From a virus (lineage: Duplodnaviria; Caudoviricetes): DNA of 64,000 bases. Below the pieces are notes generated by a model. The model had not been told where the DNA came from. It saw nothing but the letters and a program-made list of their open reading frames with translations, and ran no database searches. Shown piece after piece: positions 55,680 through 63,732 of the stretch (its first letter is position 1; each line of letters opens with the position of its first letter). Made by a program: the position numbers and the translations under genes. The stretch covers positions 2,192-66,191 of IMG/VR virus record IMGVR_UViG_3300008954_000046, one strand, 5' to 3'.

Positions 55680-57071
55680 ATGGCTTATAAAGTGAAAAAT
55701 AAAAAGAAAAATTTAAAAGAATCTGTAAACGAGTTGGTTGCGAAGGATGTTAAAAAAGAAATTACTCTTAATGCATTAAAAAATAGATTAAAAGAGGCTA
55801 CCAAAAAAGACAGTATTCCTGGATTAGCAGTGACTGCTAAAGTACACAAACAAGCAGGTAGAGATAATAAGGAAGGAGTAGATACTATAGTTAAAAAGAT
55901 TAAAGACTACCTTAAATATAAAAATAATAGTAACCCTGAATTTCCACATCAAAATAATTCAAAAACAGATTATGAGTCTCCAATGTATAGAAATAGTACA
56001 GACCAAGAAGACTATATTGATACTTGGAGAGGAGGTGGAATGACAGACTTACAATATGATACTGAACCATCAGATGAGTTTAAAGAAAGATTTAAACAAT
56101 ATCTTGACGGGTCAATCGAAACGGGCAATAATGATGGTAAAGGGTCCGATGGACAACAAGTTGCAAACGTAGTTCCAAGTGAATTAGGTAAAAAGATTCA
56201 GAAGACCATGAAAGCTAAACATAAGAAATTACAAGGACCAGACGGATACGCAATTCCAAACGATTGGACACAACATCCTAATCCTGGGTTTATTCCTGAA
56301 AGTATAAAAAAACTACAAGTTATTAGAGAACAATGGCAAGAAGTGGAGATGAATGAACAAGGAGAAGAACAGACAACGAAAGGAGAAGACACAGGAAAGA
56401 AACAAAGAGTATTTCGTGGGACACAAGAATTACCAACACAACCAAAAGTATTTATTGCGAAGATACAAGAGTATTGTAAGGCAGTAAAGAACTACAAGAA
56501 TATACAAGCAGATGGTAAAATGAATCCTACAACAGTAGAGTGTATTAAAGAAATTCAAAGAGAGTTGGGTATTCCAGTAGATGGTAAATTAGGTAAAAAA
56601 ACAGAAAAAGCACTTATGAAATTAGTTCATAAGAAAGGTGTTGTTAATGAATTAGAAATAAAACTTCCATTATCTGGTGATATTTCCCTAGGTGGTGATA
56701 TTGGATTGGGAGGGGATATTGATGTAAGTGCATTAAGTGATAATCCAGGAGCTGATTTTGATTACGACGCAGATTTAGATATGTTTAACGATGCAGAATT
56801 AGGTCCAGGACCTGATTTAACCAATATTAAATCTTTAGAAGGTGATACGGACCCTAATGTGAGTTTAGGTTGGGCTTCTGATGATGATGCTAGTGAGGAT
56901 GGAGAAGAAGGTGAGGAAGAAGAAAGAATTACTAGTGGTCTCTTAAAAGATAGAAACTTAGATGGAAAAGATTCGACGGAGGAAGAAGAAGTTGTAACCA
57001 TTAGTGAAAGTGTAAGTCACGATATGGATAACATCAAACATTTATTCACTTATAATAAGAAAACACAGTAA
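55680..57071 (+). CDS. late protein with internal peptidoglycan-binding (PG_binding_1-like) domain
   Basis: IQADGKMNPTTVECIKEIQRELGIPVDGKLGKKTEKAL; acidic C-terminal half. Confidence 0.65.
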   Translation: MAYKVKNKKKNLKESVNELVAKDVKKEITLNALKNRLKEATKKDSIPGLAVTAKVHKQAGRDNKEGVDTIVKKIKDYLKYKNNSNPEFPHQNNSKTDYESPMYRNSTDQEDYIDTWRGGGMTDLQYDTEPSDEFKERFKQYLDGSIETGNNDGKGSDGQQVANVVPSELGKKIQKTMKAKHKKLQGPDGYAIPNDWTQHPNPGFIPESIKKLQVIREQWQEVEMNEQGEEQTTKGEDTGKKQRVFRGTQELPTQPKVFIAKIQEYCKAVKNYKNIQADGKMNPTTVECIKEIQRELGIPVDGKLGKKTEKALMKLVHKKGVVNELEIKLPLSGDISLGGDIGLGGDIDVSALSDNPGADFDYDADLDMFNDAELGPGPDLTNIKSLEGDTDPNVSLGWASDDDASEDGEEGEEEERITSGLLKDRNLDGKDSTEEEEVVTISESVSHDMDNIKHLFTYNKKTQ

Positions 57072-57074
57072 TCC

Positions 57075-57102
57075 TTTATTCCTTCATAAACTTTATTATA
57101 AT
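57075..57102 (+). promoter_or_regulatory. sigma70-like promoter (TTTATT-N16-TATAAT), probably leaderless
   Basis: TATAAT at 57097-57102; ATG 57109 is 6 nt downstream. Confidence 0.5.
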
Positions 57103-57108
57103 TTAGGT

Positions 57109-57576
57109 ATGGAAGGAAGAAAATTTACCCCACATGAATTCTTAAGGTATATAGCCGAACCCTTAAATCAGAAGGACGTTGATTTATGGATAAAAGCTAA
57201 TGGCATGACTCTAGAAATGTCCAATCTCTTTTTTGATTTCATTAATTCTTTATACAATTTAGTTAATACTACTTATTTGGGGCCAGACGCGGTAATTACA
57301 CCAGAAGACCAACAGAATCATTTTAATTGGTGTTGGGATAAGGTAGTTAGTAATTTTAAAAAAGAATGTATCTACTTTAATAAAGATGGAAATCATTATG
57401 ATTACTTTTGGGTGTTTTTTGAAGACACCTTCTATAAGAATCCTAGTCCAGTATTAATGAAAAAAGTGGAGGACTTCTTTAAAGTATTATTTGCACCCTC
57501 CACCAAAAAAACCAAATCCGAATTAGATATTTACACAGAAATGTATAAAATGTTAGAAAACAATCTAAAATATTGA
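57109..57576 (+). CDS. hypothetical protein
   Basis: 155-aa helical, aromatic-rich ORF. Confidence 0.7.
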   Translation: MEGRKFTPHEFLRYIAEPLNQKDVDLWIKANGMTLEMSNLFFDFINSLYNLVNTTYLGPDAVITPEDQQNHFNWCWDKVVSNFKKECIYFNKDGNHYDYFWVFFEDTFYKNPSPVLMKKVEDFFKVLFAPSTKKTKSELDIYTEMYKMLENNLKY

Positions 57577-57601
57577 CAACCACTATATTTTAGGTTATAA
57601 T
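57573..57601 (+). promoter_or_regulatory. perfect sigma70 consensus promoter TTGACA-N17-TATAAT
   Basis: TTGACA 57573-57578, TATAAT 57596-57601. Confidence 0.75.
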
Positions 57602-57620
57602 TGTGAATAAAAACTATATT

Positions 57621-57839
57621 ATGAATAAAAGATTGTTTGAAATAGTAAGTAGTAAGTTAATTGTAGAGAAAAGTCTACTCGAAGGAGAACTAGAAAGAGT
57701 TCTACGAGAGCAAGAGGCTCTTTCCTTTAATGAACTGGCTGACAGAGCAGTAGAACTGAGTAAAAAGATTTCCCAAACAATGACTGCTATAAGCTTATGG
57801 GAATCATATAATAATAATTTAAATAAAGAAGAAGAATAA
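57621..57839 (+). CDS. small helical hypothetical protein
   Basis: ATG 57621 preferred because GTG 57603 lies upstream of the likely transcription start. Confidence 0.6.
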   Translation: MNKRLFEIVSSKLIVEKSLLEGELERVLREQEALSFNELADRAVELSKKISQTMTAISLWESYNNNLNKEEE

Positions 57840-57844
57840 ATATT

Positions 57845-58021
57845 ATGGAAACATTAGGTAAACTTAAAGAACTAGTTGAATGTCTATCAGTAGACACAAC
57901 TAAATTTTTTGAAAAAGAAAATAAAAGTGCTGGTATTAGAGCAAGAAAATCTGCACAAGATATAAAGGCGTTATGTCAAGAATTAAGAAAAGAGATACTA
58001 CAAGTATCAAAAGAAAAATAA
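57845..58021 (+). CDS. histone H1-like Hc1-family protein (58 aa, not in ORF track)
   Basis: METLGKLKELVECLSVDTTKFFEKENKSAGIRARKSAQDIKALCQELRKEI; NK.AG.RARK...[LI]K....[LF]RK pattern. Confidence 0.8.
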   Translation: METLGKLKELVECLSVDTTKFFEKENKSAGIRARKSAQDIKALCQELRKEILQVSKEK

Positions 58022-58022
58022 T

Positions 58023-58202
58023 ATGAATGGTTGGGGGTATTTACTGTTTTTTGTATTTAGTATACTAGTTAGTCTATACTTTCTAGGTACCTTTTTATTT
58101 AATTTATTAAGTAACCCTCCTCGTCCTATGAAAATTAGTTATTTAGAACTAGCAGCATTAGGACTTACCATTTCCTATTTTATAACTTATTTAATCCTCT
58201 AA
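58023..58202 (+). CDS. small two-TM membrane protein (59 aa, not in ORF track)
   Basis: MNGWGYLLFFVFSILVSLYFLGTFLFNLLSNPPRPMKISYLELAALGLTISYFITYLIL fills the gap exactly. Confidence 0.65.
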   Translation: MNGWGYLLFFVFSILVSLYFLGTFLFNLLSNPPRPMKISYLELAALGLTISYFITYLIL

Positions 58203-58208
58203 TTTATT

Positions 58209-58679
58209 ATGTATAACCAAATAGACTCATTACTTCCTTTTTTTGCTGGTATTAGATTACATGAAACCTATTTCATTGTAGACCTGAATCTACCAGCGGG
58301 ATGGGTATTCAGTGAGGTATATGGAGATAATATTGCGACTAGGGTGAACACTACTTTTGAGAATGGAAACCTATCGGTATCACTATTCTCAACCTTCAAC
58401 GAAGAAACAGTAGAAAAGGTACTCGAAGTTGGAAAACTTATCATACAGAATAATGAAGAAAGGGAAGAAAAAGAAAGACTTCTCCAAGTTAAAAAAATGG
58501 AATTAGAAAAACTATTTATAGAAAGTAATTTACAAGATTTAAAAGAAATGTCCTTTACTAAAAATAATATATTAAATAAATCTATATTAAATGACAAAGA
58601 AATCCCAAAAGTACTCAAAGGAGTGGCTCATGAAACAAGTGACAAGAGACCAACAGGAGACAGAGAAACTAAAAAATAA
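58209..58679 (+). CDS. hypothetical protein
   Basis: 156 aa, with C-terminal coiled coil EREEKERLLQ. Confidence 0.65.
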   Translation: MYNQIDSLLPFFAGIRLHETYFIVDLNLPAGWVFSEVYGDNIATRVNTTFENGNLSVSLFSTFNEETVEKVLEVGKLIIQNNEEREEKERLLQVKKMELEKLFIESNLQDLKEMSFTKNNILNKSILNDKEIPKVLKGVAHETSDKRPTGDRETKK

Positions 58680-58812
58680 GATTATAGAGGACATAAAATT
58701 GGTGGACAAGACAAATATTAGAAATAGTGTAAAGAAACCAGTGAAGAAAGTTAAGAAGGAAGTAAAGAAAGACACTCTATGGACGAGACTAAAAAAAGTA
58801 ATAGGACATTAA
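58591..58812 (+). CDS. small basic hypothetical protein
   Basis: 73 aa; overlaps both neighbours; C-terminal amphipathic TLWTRLKKVIG. Confidence 0.5.
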   Translation: MTKKSQKYSKEWLMKQVTRDQQETEKLKNKIIEDIKLVDKTNIRNSVKKPVKKVKKEVKKDTLWTRLKKVIGH

Positions 58813-59039
58813 AAGAACACTTAGCAAAATTTGCTGAGGTTGCAGAGTGTATAAATAATCTCCAAGTAGAAACCCAAGAAATAGATATAGTAGTTACTAT
58901 CGAATCTCAACTACACAGTGAAATCCAAGAAGAAATTTCCCACATTTCTAGATTAGAAATAGAAAAAAGTGAAAGCTTTAGTGTTAATATCTCTGACATC
59001 AATTTTACCTTTATAAAAGAAAAAAAGAAGAGTGAATAA
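58779..59039 (+). CDS. hypothetical protein
   Basis: 86-aa ORF ending adjacent to a convergent gene. Confidence 0.55.
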   Translation: MDETKKSNRTLKEHLAKFAEVAECINNLQVETQEIDIVVTIESQLHSEIQEEISHISRLEIEKSESFSVNISDINFTFIKEKKKSE

Positions 59040-59672
59040 TTACTGTGTGTAGTGTTTATATAAGAAGGACCTTTTAAATCCTTTGTTTTCTAAAATCTTA
59101 TAAAGTTGTTTTCGTTGAATAGTGGAGAAATCTTTCACTAAGAGACAATTCATAATATTATTTCTTCTAAAATATTTTGCAATACAATCCATAAATCTTT
59201 TTGCTTCATTTACATTCTTTAAACTAAAAATAGAGAATTCATCATCATTTTGTACAACTATTTTATTATTTAAACTAAAGATTTGGCATACACCTGTTTT
59301 AGGAACATAGGTCTCTATAAAATTTGGTGTTTCTATACGAGAGGAAGTTTGATGGTCATATAAAGATTCTTCTATTTGGTAGGGTTCTACCTCAGTAAAA
59401 TAGTAATCACTTCCTTTTATACTTAACTTTTGCCATCTTCCTAAACTATCTTTTATTAGTTTATCTGGAGTCCTTTCCGACTTTTGAGCAACTAAAGCCA
59501 ATTCAAATACACAAATTTTCTTATTAAGGACATTTATAGGAAAAATAACACTTGTTTTTTTGAGTAATTGTTTATATTTTTGTTTTACTGTTTTTTGCAA
59601 GTTAGAACTAAAAATTAATTTTTTCTTAACTTTATTATTAAACAGAATTATATGGTATTTTTTTGCCTTCAT
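59040..59672 (-). CDS. basic hypothetical protein
   Basis: 210 aa; fills the gap exactly between the convergent stop at 59039 and the dnaJ start. Confidence 0.7.
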   Translation of the reverse strand: MKAKKYHIILFNNKVKKKLIFSSNLQKTVKQKYKQLLKKTSVIFPINVLNKKICVFELALVAQKSERTPDKLIKDSLGRWQKLSIKGSDYYFTEVEPYQIEESLYDHQTSSRIETPNFIETYVPKTGVCQIFSLNNKIVVQNDDEFSIFSLKNVNEAKRFMDCIAKYFRRNNIMNCLLVKDFSTIQRKQLYKILENKGFKRSFLYKHYTQ

Positions 59673-59673
59673 T

Positions 59674-60648
59674 ATGAAAAATTATTACGACATACTTGGT
59701 GTAAGTAAAGATTCCACACCAGAACAACTTAAAAAAGCATATCGTTCGCTTTCTCTTAAATATCATCCAGATAAAAATCCAGAGGGGGAAGAAAAGTTTA
59801 AAGAGATATCCGAAGCTTATTCTGTATTGGGAGATTCAGAAAAAAGAGCTAAATATGATAGAGGTGGTAGTATAAATTTAGAAGACCTTTTTGGGGGTGC
59901 TGGAGGAGGTCCTGACCCATTCGAAGCCTTCCAACAATTTTTTGGAGGAGGGGGACCTAATAGAGGGGCGGCACCTAGAAAATCACGAGGTAGAGATTTA
60001 AAGTTAAGTGTAAGAGTAACCTTAGATGAAACTTACTGGGGAAGAGAAAAGAGTGTTGTGTACCAAAAAAGACAAAGTAATGGTAAGAGATGTCCCCAAT
60101 GTCACGGTAATGGGGTTGTACAACAAATAAGAGGGACTTCTTTTTTTAGGTCCGTCACTCATATAGAATGTCCCGTCTGCCATGGAACTGGTTTCCTAAA
60201 CGGAGGGGTAGTAGACCATAAGACTGTTAGCTTTTCTATCCCACGAGGATGTAGTAATGGCCACTTCCTTAAATTAAGAGGAGGAGGTGATGAGGTTTTT
60301 AATGGTGTCGCTGGTGATATGTTATTAATTTTAGAAATACAAGAAACGACCCACCAAAAGAAGAGAGAATTAGATTACTTATATACGACAAACATTTCTC
60401 CTATTGAAGCATTATTAGGTAAAGATTTAACAGTACCCCATTTTGAAGGAAAAATAGTAATAAAAGTTCCACCTCTTTATGACACGACTAAAGCCCTTAA
60501 AGCTCACGGTAAAGGATTCGTTAATGATATGGGTGCGTCTGGGGACATGTATATTCATTTAGAACAGAAGTTACCAAAAAGTTTAAATTTAGAAGAAAAA
60601 GAAACACTTAGAAAATTATTAAAGTCAGAAAATTTTAAAGAAGAATGA
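59674..60648 (+). CDS. dnaJ: DnaJ-family co-chaperone with only two CxxCxGxG repeats
   Basis: [10 protein letters not shown]...KYHPDKN J-domain, G/F-rich linker, CPQCHGNG and CPVCHGTG, C-terminal substrate-binding domains; true start 59674. Confidence 0.9.
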   Translation: MKNYYDILGVSKDSTPEQLKKAYRSLSLKYHPDKNPEGEEKFKEISEAYSVLGDSEKRAKYDRGGSINLEDLFGGAGGGPDPFEAFQQFFGGGGPNRGAAPRKSRGRDLKLSVRVTLDETYWGREKSVVYQKRQSNGKRCPQCHGNGVVQQIRGTSFFRSVTHIECPVCHGTGFLNGGVVDHKTVSFSIPRGCSNGHFLKLRGGGDEVFNGVAGDMLLILEIQETTHQKKRELDYLYTTNISPIEALLGKDLTVPHFEGKIVIKVPPLYDTTKALKAHGKGFVNDMGASGDMYIHLEQKLPKSLNLEEKETLRKLLKSENFKEE

Positions 60649-60800
60649 AAAAGAAACCCTGTAAGTCTTGTAAGGACAAAGAGAATAAACCTAGAAACCA
60701 TATCCCTCCTATAGGGTTAACCATTTTTGCATTCATAACCGCTTTATTTGCAGTTTATGGATTTGTGAGATTAATAATGGATTTAATAGATTTATTTTAG
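60645..60800 (+). CDS. small CxxC membrane protein (51 aa, not in ORF track)
   Basis: [12 protein letters not shown]...[25 protein letters not shown]; ATGA overlap with dnaJ. Confidence 0.6.
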   Translation: MKKKPCKSCKDKENKPRNHIPPIGLTIFAFITALFAVYGFVRLIMDLIDLF

Positions 60801-60808
60801 TAAATTTG
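60778..60808 (+). promoter_or_regulatory. promoter TGGATT-N17-TAAATT(TG), probably leaderless
   Basis: TAAATTTG at 60801-60808 also fits TAnnTTTG; ATG 60813 is 6 nt after TAAATT. Confidence 0.45.
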
Positions 60809-60812
60809 GACC

Positions 60813-61343
60813 ATGGATAAATTAAAATATAAAATAAAGAATGGTCCTCGAGTTGAATCCCTTAACCAATTTGAACTAACAGATGGAACGATTGTGGCCA
60901 TCTTCCAAGGATTTCGAGGAGAGAACCCAGAGTTGGACTTTATTGTAAAATATAAAGAACCAACTAAAAGATTAAGAACACCCTCACACACTCATTGGAT
61001 TGTAGATTTAATAGTCAAAGGAGAAGTTTATAGAAAAGACACATTACGTTTAGTAGAAGAACTTATAGAAATTTATGACAATGTTAAACCTTTCACATCC
61101 ACCGACGAAAGAGATGAGTACCAGTTAGTTCACGCACATGAGATAGCAAGAGATTACTCCTGGTTAGACGGTACCGGTTCTTTATCATTAGAATTAATAG
61201 GCACTTTAGTAGAATTATTCTCTAAGTGTGAAAAACAAACTACAGGTGCATTTATGTTTAAGAGTATGTTGACCTTAGCAAAAGATTACTTAGAAGGAAA
61301 AAAAGACTACTACCAAATCATAGGTACCTCAAAAAGAGTATAA
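60813..61343 (+). CDS. hypothetical protein
   Basis: 176 aa; conserved-looking DFIVKYK...RLRTPSHTHWIVDL segment; family not recognised. Confidence 0.7.
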   Translation: MDKLKYKIKNGPRVESLNQFELTDGTIVAIFQGFRGENPELDFIVKYKEPTKRLRTPSHTHWIVDLIVKGEVYRKDTLRLVEELIEIYDNVKPFTSTDERDEYQLVHAHEIARDYSWLDGTGSLSLELIGTLVELFSKCEKQTTGAFMFKSMLTLAKDYLEGKKDYYQIIGTSKRV

Positions 61344-61344
61344 G

Positions 61345-61965
61345 ATGAAAGTATCGTTAATTAGTGTAACCCCTAAAGCAGAAGAAAATATAGTTTATAT
61401 AGCCCGAGTTAGTTCTAAAAGGGAAGATAAAACCTCTAAATCGGAAGGACTATTAAATTATCTCATCAAACATAAACATTGGAGTCCCTTTGAACACTCT
61501 CATATGAGTGTAGAGATAGAAACCAGTAAAGCTATTGGTATCCAACTCATAAGACATAGGTCCTTTACCTTCCAAGAATTTAGCCAAAGATACCAAAACG
61601 TAGAATTATTGGGGGATATGTTTGAAGAAGTAGAATTTAGAAAACAGTGTGAAGATAATAGACAAAGCTCTACAGAGATACTTAAAGAGTCACATCCAGA
61701 AGTTAAAGTACTTTTATTAGATATAAAAAGAATGTACCAAGGATTGTTAGAAGATGGGGTAGCCAGAGAAACGGCAAGAATGATATTACCTTTATGTACA
61801 AAGACTAGAATTCATATGACTGGTTCCATAAGAAGTTGGATTCACTTTTTAGAATTGAGGGATGACGAACATGCACAGAAGGAAATTCAGTTGATTGCAA
61901 AAGAAATAAAATGTATCTTTATGGAAGAATTCCCTATAATAGCTAAAGCTTTAAAATATGAATGA
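61345..61965 (+). CDS. thyX: FAD-dependent thymidylate synthase
   Basis: HWSPFEH, QLIRHRSFTFQEFSQRY (RHRx7-8SxR), ARETARMILP, RSWIHFLELR, HAQKEI. Confidence 0.95.
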   Translation: MKVSLISVTPKAEENIVYIARVSSKREDKTSKSEGLLNYLIKHKHWSPFEHSHMSVEIETSKAIGIQLIRHRSFTFQEFSQRYQNVELLGDMFEEVEFRKQCEDNRQSSTEILKESHPEVKVLLLDIKRMYQGLLEDGVARETARMILPLCTKTRIHMTGSIRSWIHFLELRDDEHAQKEIQLIAKEIKCIFMEEFPIIAKALKYE

Positions 61966-63127
61966 ACAACTAGACTTATTTGAAACACAAGAAGATGATT
62001 TTAATTTTGATGAGATGAAACAAAAACTTATTGATAATCTTGATATGCTTAAGACTATGACTGTAGAAGAACAAACACTTTATAAAAAGTGGCAAGAGAT
62101 GAATAAAGGAGGTAAGATGTCAAAGGTAAAGAAAAAGTTGCACTCATATCAAAACAATCTTTGGGTCCCTACCGATGTTTTTAATTTAGAAACTACTATT
62201 AAAGAGATAGATGACTTAGACCCTTATGTTGAAATAGCAACATCTGGTAAAGGTGTAACGGAATGGGTAAACTATAGAAAACTTATCCATACAATGGAAT
62301 GGGTTGCAAATCCTGGACGAAATATGAAATTTTGGGTTAGGGATAGGAAAACAGAAAAAGTCCTTGGTTTGATTTGTTTAGGGTCTGATGTAACTAGTAT
62401 CAAAGTAAGAGATGCTTATATAGGGTGGGATAAAACTAATAAGTTTGACCAAGGAAAACTAAATTGTACTGCAATTGCTACCACTATATGTAGTACTCAA
62501 CCAGGAGGATATAATATGTTAATGGGGAAATTAATCGCTGCCTTAACAACATGTAAAACTATCAGAGATGCGTGGGAGAATAAATATGGAAATAAACTGA
62601 TAGCTGTAGGAACAACATCTTTATATGGGATAAATTCTATGTACAATGGGATGCCACATTTTAAGACCTTAGGGGAAACTACAGGTCAAGTTAAATTAAA
62701 ACCAGATGATTCAATATATCTACCTTGGAATGCATGGTTAAAAAAGAATCATCCAGATGAACATCATAAAGCAATAACAGCTACAGGACCTAAACAAAAT
62801 ATTATTAATAAGGTTTTTAAATATTGTGGAATAAAATCTAAGAACTACGAACACGGGTTTAAGAGAGGAGTGTACCTTGCAATGATGTACGATAATGGAT
62901 GTGAGTTCTTAAGAAATGAAATTGGAGAGGAAGACCTCAAACTAAAGAAGAAATTTAAAGAAGATATTCCTTACACGGATAAGTGGTGGAAGAAAAAAGC
63001 GATTAGAAGATACCAGAACGTGCACACTCAAGAGAGAATTAAACCCCAACAATTATTTTATTGGGATGTTATAGATTTAACTTGGGAGGATACACAAGAT
63101 AAATATTTAAAAGAAGTAGGAAGATAA
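61958..63127 (+). CDS. DUF4338 / Druantia DruA-like protein (stand-alone)
   Basis: PGRNMKFWVRD....VLGLICLGS...RDAYIGW, QP.GYNML.GKLIA, TTSLYG..SMYN, LGETTG. Confidence 0.7.
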   Translation: MNEQLDLFETQEDDFNFDEMKQKLIDNLDMLKTMTVEEQTLYKKWQEMNKGGKMSKVKKKLHSYQNNLWVPTDVFNLETTIKEIDDLDPYVEIATSGKGVTEWVNYRKLIHTMEWVANPGRNMKFWVRDRKTEKVLGLICLGSDVTSIKVRDAYIGWDKTNKFDQGKLNCTAIATTICSTQPGGYNMLMGKLIAALTTCKTIRDAWENKYGNKLIAVGTTSLYGINSMYNGMPHFKTLGETTGQVKLKPDDSIYLPWNAWLKKNHPDEHHKAITATGPKQNIINKVFKYCGIKSKNYEHGFKRGVYLAMMYDNGCEFLRNEIGEEDLKLKKKFKEDIPYTDKWWKKKAIRRYQNVHTQERIKPQQLFYWDVIDLTWEDTQDKYLKEVGR

Positions 63128-63128
63128 T

Positions 63129-63365
63129 ATGTTACAAACAATACTATTAATAGGGTTATTTGTTATAGAGATAGTAGCTTTTGGATGGTTAATCTGGGAG
63201 GCGAGACTAGGAAGAGAAAAAAGAGAACAAATAATACACTTAGAAAAACAGATATTAAAACTAGAAAAAGTAATAATATCAATGGAAAAAACAATAATTA
63301 GAAAATTAGATAAAAGAAAAAGAAAGAATGAAAAAAAGAACACTAAACGAATTAAGACAAGTTAA
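63129..63365 (+). CDS. small membrane-anchored coiled-coil protein
   Basis: N-terminal TM helix then basic helix. Confidence 0.55.
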   Translation: MLQTILLIGLFVIEIVAFGWLIWEARLGREKREQIIHLEKQILKLEKVIISMEKTIIRKLDKRKRKNEKKNTKRIKTS

Positions 63366-63558
63366 AACTTATGGTTATCGACCACCATCAACATCTAAGA
63401 AAAAAATAGAGAAGGTTGAACAAACTTATTTAGATGCGTGTGATAGAGAATTCTATTTAAAAATGAGACTTAAAGTACTTAACAAACAAATAACAAAAAT
63501 TGAAAATCAGATAGATAAATATAAAAACGAATTAAAGACTTATGAAACATCTATATAA
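63328..63558 (+). CDS. hypothetical protein
   Basis: 76 aa, overlapping neighbours. Confidence 0.55.
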   Translation: MKKRTLNELRQVKTYGYRPPSTSKKKIEKVEQTYLDACDREFYLKMRLKVLNKQITKIENQIDKYKNELKTYETSI

Positions 63559-63730
63559 AAATAACGAAGACTATTGGTTAGGTGGAGTATGTGGAGGTAT
63601 GGCAGAATATTTTGAGGTTGACTCATCTTGGGTGAGACTCTCATTTATTTTAGCCTTTTTTGTTCCTTCAATTCCTATCATCCTCCTATACTTTATATGT
63701 TGGATAATAATGAAAGAGAAAAACATTTAA
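63542..63730 (+). CDS. pspC: PspC-domain membrane protein
   Basis: LYKNNEDYWLGGVCGGMAEYFEVDSSWVRL...ILLYFICWIIM. Confidence 0.88.
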   Translation: MKHLYKNNEDYWLGGVCGGMAEYFEVDSSWVRLSFILAFFVPSIPIILLYFICWIIMKEKNI

Positions 63731-63732
63731 AA

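Noticed and set aside
61958-63127. Complete Druantia defence system
   Set aside because: No DruE-like helicase or other dru genes nearby.
587-63343. Numerous short antisense or alternate-frame ORFs in the track (e.g. 24889..25506 -, 6239..6736 -, 48154..48489 +)
   Set aside because: They lie wholly within well-supported genes and have shadow-ORF composition.
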